DNA of 64,000 bases from Lama guanicoe (lineage: Eukaryota). Location of the stretch: contig MU055549.1 of NCBI GenBank assembly GCA_013239625.1, forward strand, positions 1,513,746 through 1,577,745. The letters are read 5' to 3'. A program made the translations under genes and the position numbers. Under the pieces are notes generated by a model. The model did not search any database and was not told the DNA's origin. It was given only the letters and a program-made list of their open reading frames with translations. Shown one piece after another: positions 62,111 through 64,000 of the stretch. Within the stretch, counting starts at the first letter, position 1; every line of letters starts with the position of its first letter.

Positions 62111-63826
62111 CTAGCAGCCGCCCGCAGGCAATTGGCCGCCGATCACGTCCGTCCGAGGTGAGCGGGGCCCAGGGGCCGGCCTCCCGCTTGGGCCGAGGCC
62201 CCCCTGCTGAGGGGTCTTCACTGCCCTCGGCGGCGTCCCCTCCCCACCGGGCGCCGGGCGCCCCACGCGGCACCCCTGGTGCGGGGGCGGCGGCCGAGGG
62301 GAGGGGCCCCTCCGGGTCCAGCGCAGGCACCCCCAGCCCCCGGCCACATGGGCCCCTGCCCAGGGACTGCTGCCGAGTCTGCTTTTAAGAGCTGAACTTT
62401 TAGGAGGAAACAACACGAACATTTGCACATAATTCATGTTCAGTTTATGTCAACATCGTTCTCTGAAAGCATTTCTACACGAACTGCCACTTTTCCATTT
62501 CGAAATTTACTGCATTTTAAGCTGCCTTTTGATTAAAAATATCTTGTTAGCATTTCGCTCTGGTAAAGTCATAGATCAAGAGAGTGAGGTCCTGGAGGAA
62601 ACGCCGTCGCCGACCCCAGCGGCTCAGACAACAGAAGGGAAGGGCTCTGCCTCCCCCGCTGCTGCAGCACGGAACATGGGCCCCTGCCTGATGGTCTCAC
62701 ACGTAAGGCCAGATTCTACACGAATTGAGGGGTTTTGGCCATTTGGGGAGATTACGGGGGGCTGGTTTACAGCTTGCTTTCCGATGACACTAACTGGACA
62801 CCCCTGCGACAGAGGGGAACACTTGGATCTTTCTCTTAGTTCAAAAGTTTCCCATTTTATAAACTTTTTTTTTTGGCCATTTTAAGCTGTAATTTTGGGG
62901 GTAAGACATACAAAAAAGGGAGTCAGGGGCAGGTAGAGGGCAGCGGGGTCTGCGTTCACGCTGGTGAAGGTTCGAGAGAGCTGTGCCCCACCGCCCACTG
63001 CCCCAGACAGCAGGCCAGGTGTGGGGGCATCCCCCTGCCCCAGGTGGGCTCTGTCGGGGTGCGGTCCTCCCCGAGGGGGGCCTGGCCCCTCCTCACGCAG
63101 GCCTGAGCTGGCCTGAGAAGTCATCTGGACTCCGGCACATGCTGGCTCAGAGGGCTGTGTCCACCACCACAGAAAGGTGTATTTTCAAGCCAACCAAAAA
63201 AGGGCTTGGGTGGTGGGGTCTTGCAGTCAAAAGCTTTTTACGAATACTTAATAAAATCTAAATATAAAGGCATTAATTGGAGTGCCCTTCCCTTGGATTT
63301 ACAATTAAATACAAACCTGAGTGCCGAGCGTGGGAAGACTTTTAGCAGGGTCTGTTTCAGTCCTCACAAGGGCCCTGGGGCTGAGCGGGGCGGGAGAGGG
63401 GCCAGGATCCCCCTGCCCGGAGGGTCCGCGTCCTTCCCACGCCCACCCCAAGGAAGCTGCTGCCTGAGAGAGCTGCAAGCACCTGGGGGGCTGAGCAGGA
63501 GCCCGGCGCCAGGGCTGGCTCAGGAGCTCAGGCTGCAAAAAGGCTTCAAAACCAGCAGTTCTCAAGCCGAGGGTGGAGTAGAGCTCCCAGCCTCACTGGG
63601 AAGGGGGTTCACCCAGCAACGTCCTTTTCAACACCTGAATCACCGAGGACAAGGTGAGTCCTGGAAACTGCCCACAGGTGGCGGGAGTCTCGGGGGCCTG
63701 GGACGGGGCACCCAGGTGGCCGCCCGGCACGGAGTCACCGCCCAGAGTGCACCAGGCCTGGGGCCCCCCGGGCTCTCTGCAGTGCGTGCTCGGTGGTCAT
63801 GTCTTAATTCAGAAACAGGAGGTTGT

Positions 63827-63926
63827 GGGGAGAGGGTGTAGCTCAGGAGCAGGACACGTGCTTAGCATGCACGAGGCTCTGGGTTCAATCCCTGGGACCT
63901 CCATCAAATTTAAAAAAAAAGGAAAA
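63827..63926 (+). mobile_element. tRNA-derived SINE (camelid Vic-1-like) with TSD
   Basis: gagggtgtagctcagg (A box)...gtgcttagcatgcacgaggctctgggttcaatccc (B box)...acctcca plus A tail; TSD agaaacaggaggttg (63811-63825) / agaaataagaggttg (63927-63941). Confidence 0.9.
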
Positions 63927-64000
63927 AGAAATAAGAGGTTGAATGTTTAGAGGAATAGTAAACAGACAGGATGTAAGAGTAAAAGGCTTATTGACTCAGT

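Noticed and set aside
63827-63905. tRNA gene (A and B boxes present)
   Set aside because: Followed by an A-tail and flanked by a TSD, with no intact cloverleaf: a SINE. The same applies to 39704-39775
1-64000. Assignment of the window to a named gene locus
   Set aside because: No exon or conserved element was recognised well enough to name; BLASTN of the AT-rich blocks against human would settle it

Overview
Mammalian genomic DNA, most likely a camelid (camel/alpaca/llama). The evidence is two tRNA-derived SINEs resembling the camelid Vic-1 family and L1 3' ends of the camelid type, recognised from memory and not by database search. The window is GC- and CpG-rich and looks like intronic or gene-desert sequence. 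I recognise no protein-coding exon: the ORF track is dominated by Pro/Arg/Gly/Ala-rich chance ORFs, plus decayed L1 ORF2 remnants. The content is (i) many old and young repeats (L1, L2, MIR, SINE, solo LTRs, hAT fossils), (ii) several AT-rich, repeat-free, homeodomain-motif-rich islands resembling developmental enhancers, and (iii) discrete regulatory signals: a 19/21 REST/RE1 site, a perfect DR0 next to a near-perfect RFX X-box, and a CCAAT/CRE/GC-box promoter-like cluster. The most unusual observations are a sharply bounded AT-to-GC converted tract that turns part of an old L1 into a CpG-island-like segment, a 54-bp direct repeat bracketing 1.3 kb of ancient repeat, two 5'-inverted L1 insertions, and an orphan 138-nt exon-like unit. 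I found no convincing new biological system. Repeat subfamily names and most repeat boundaries are approximate.
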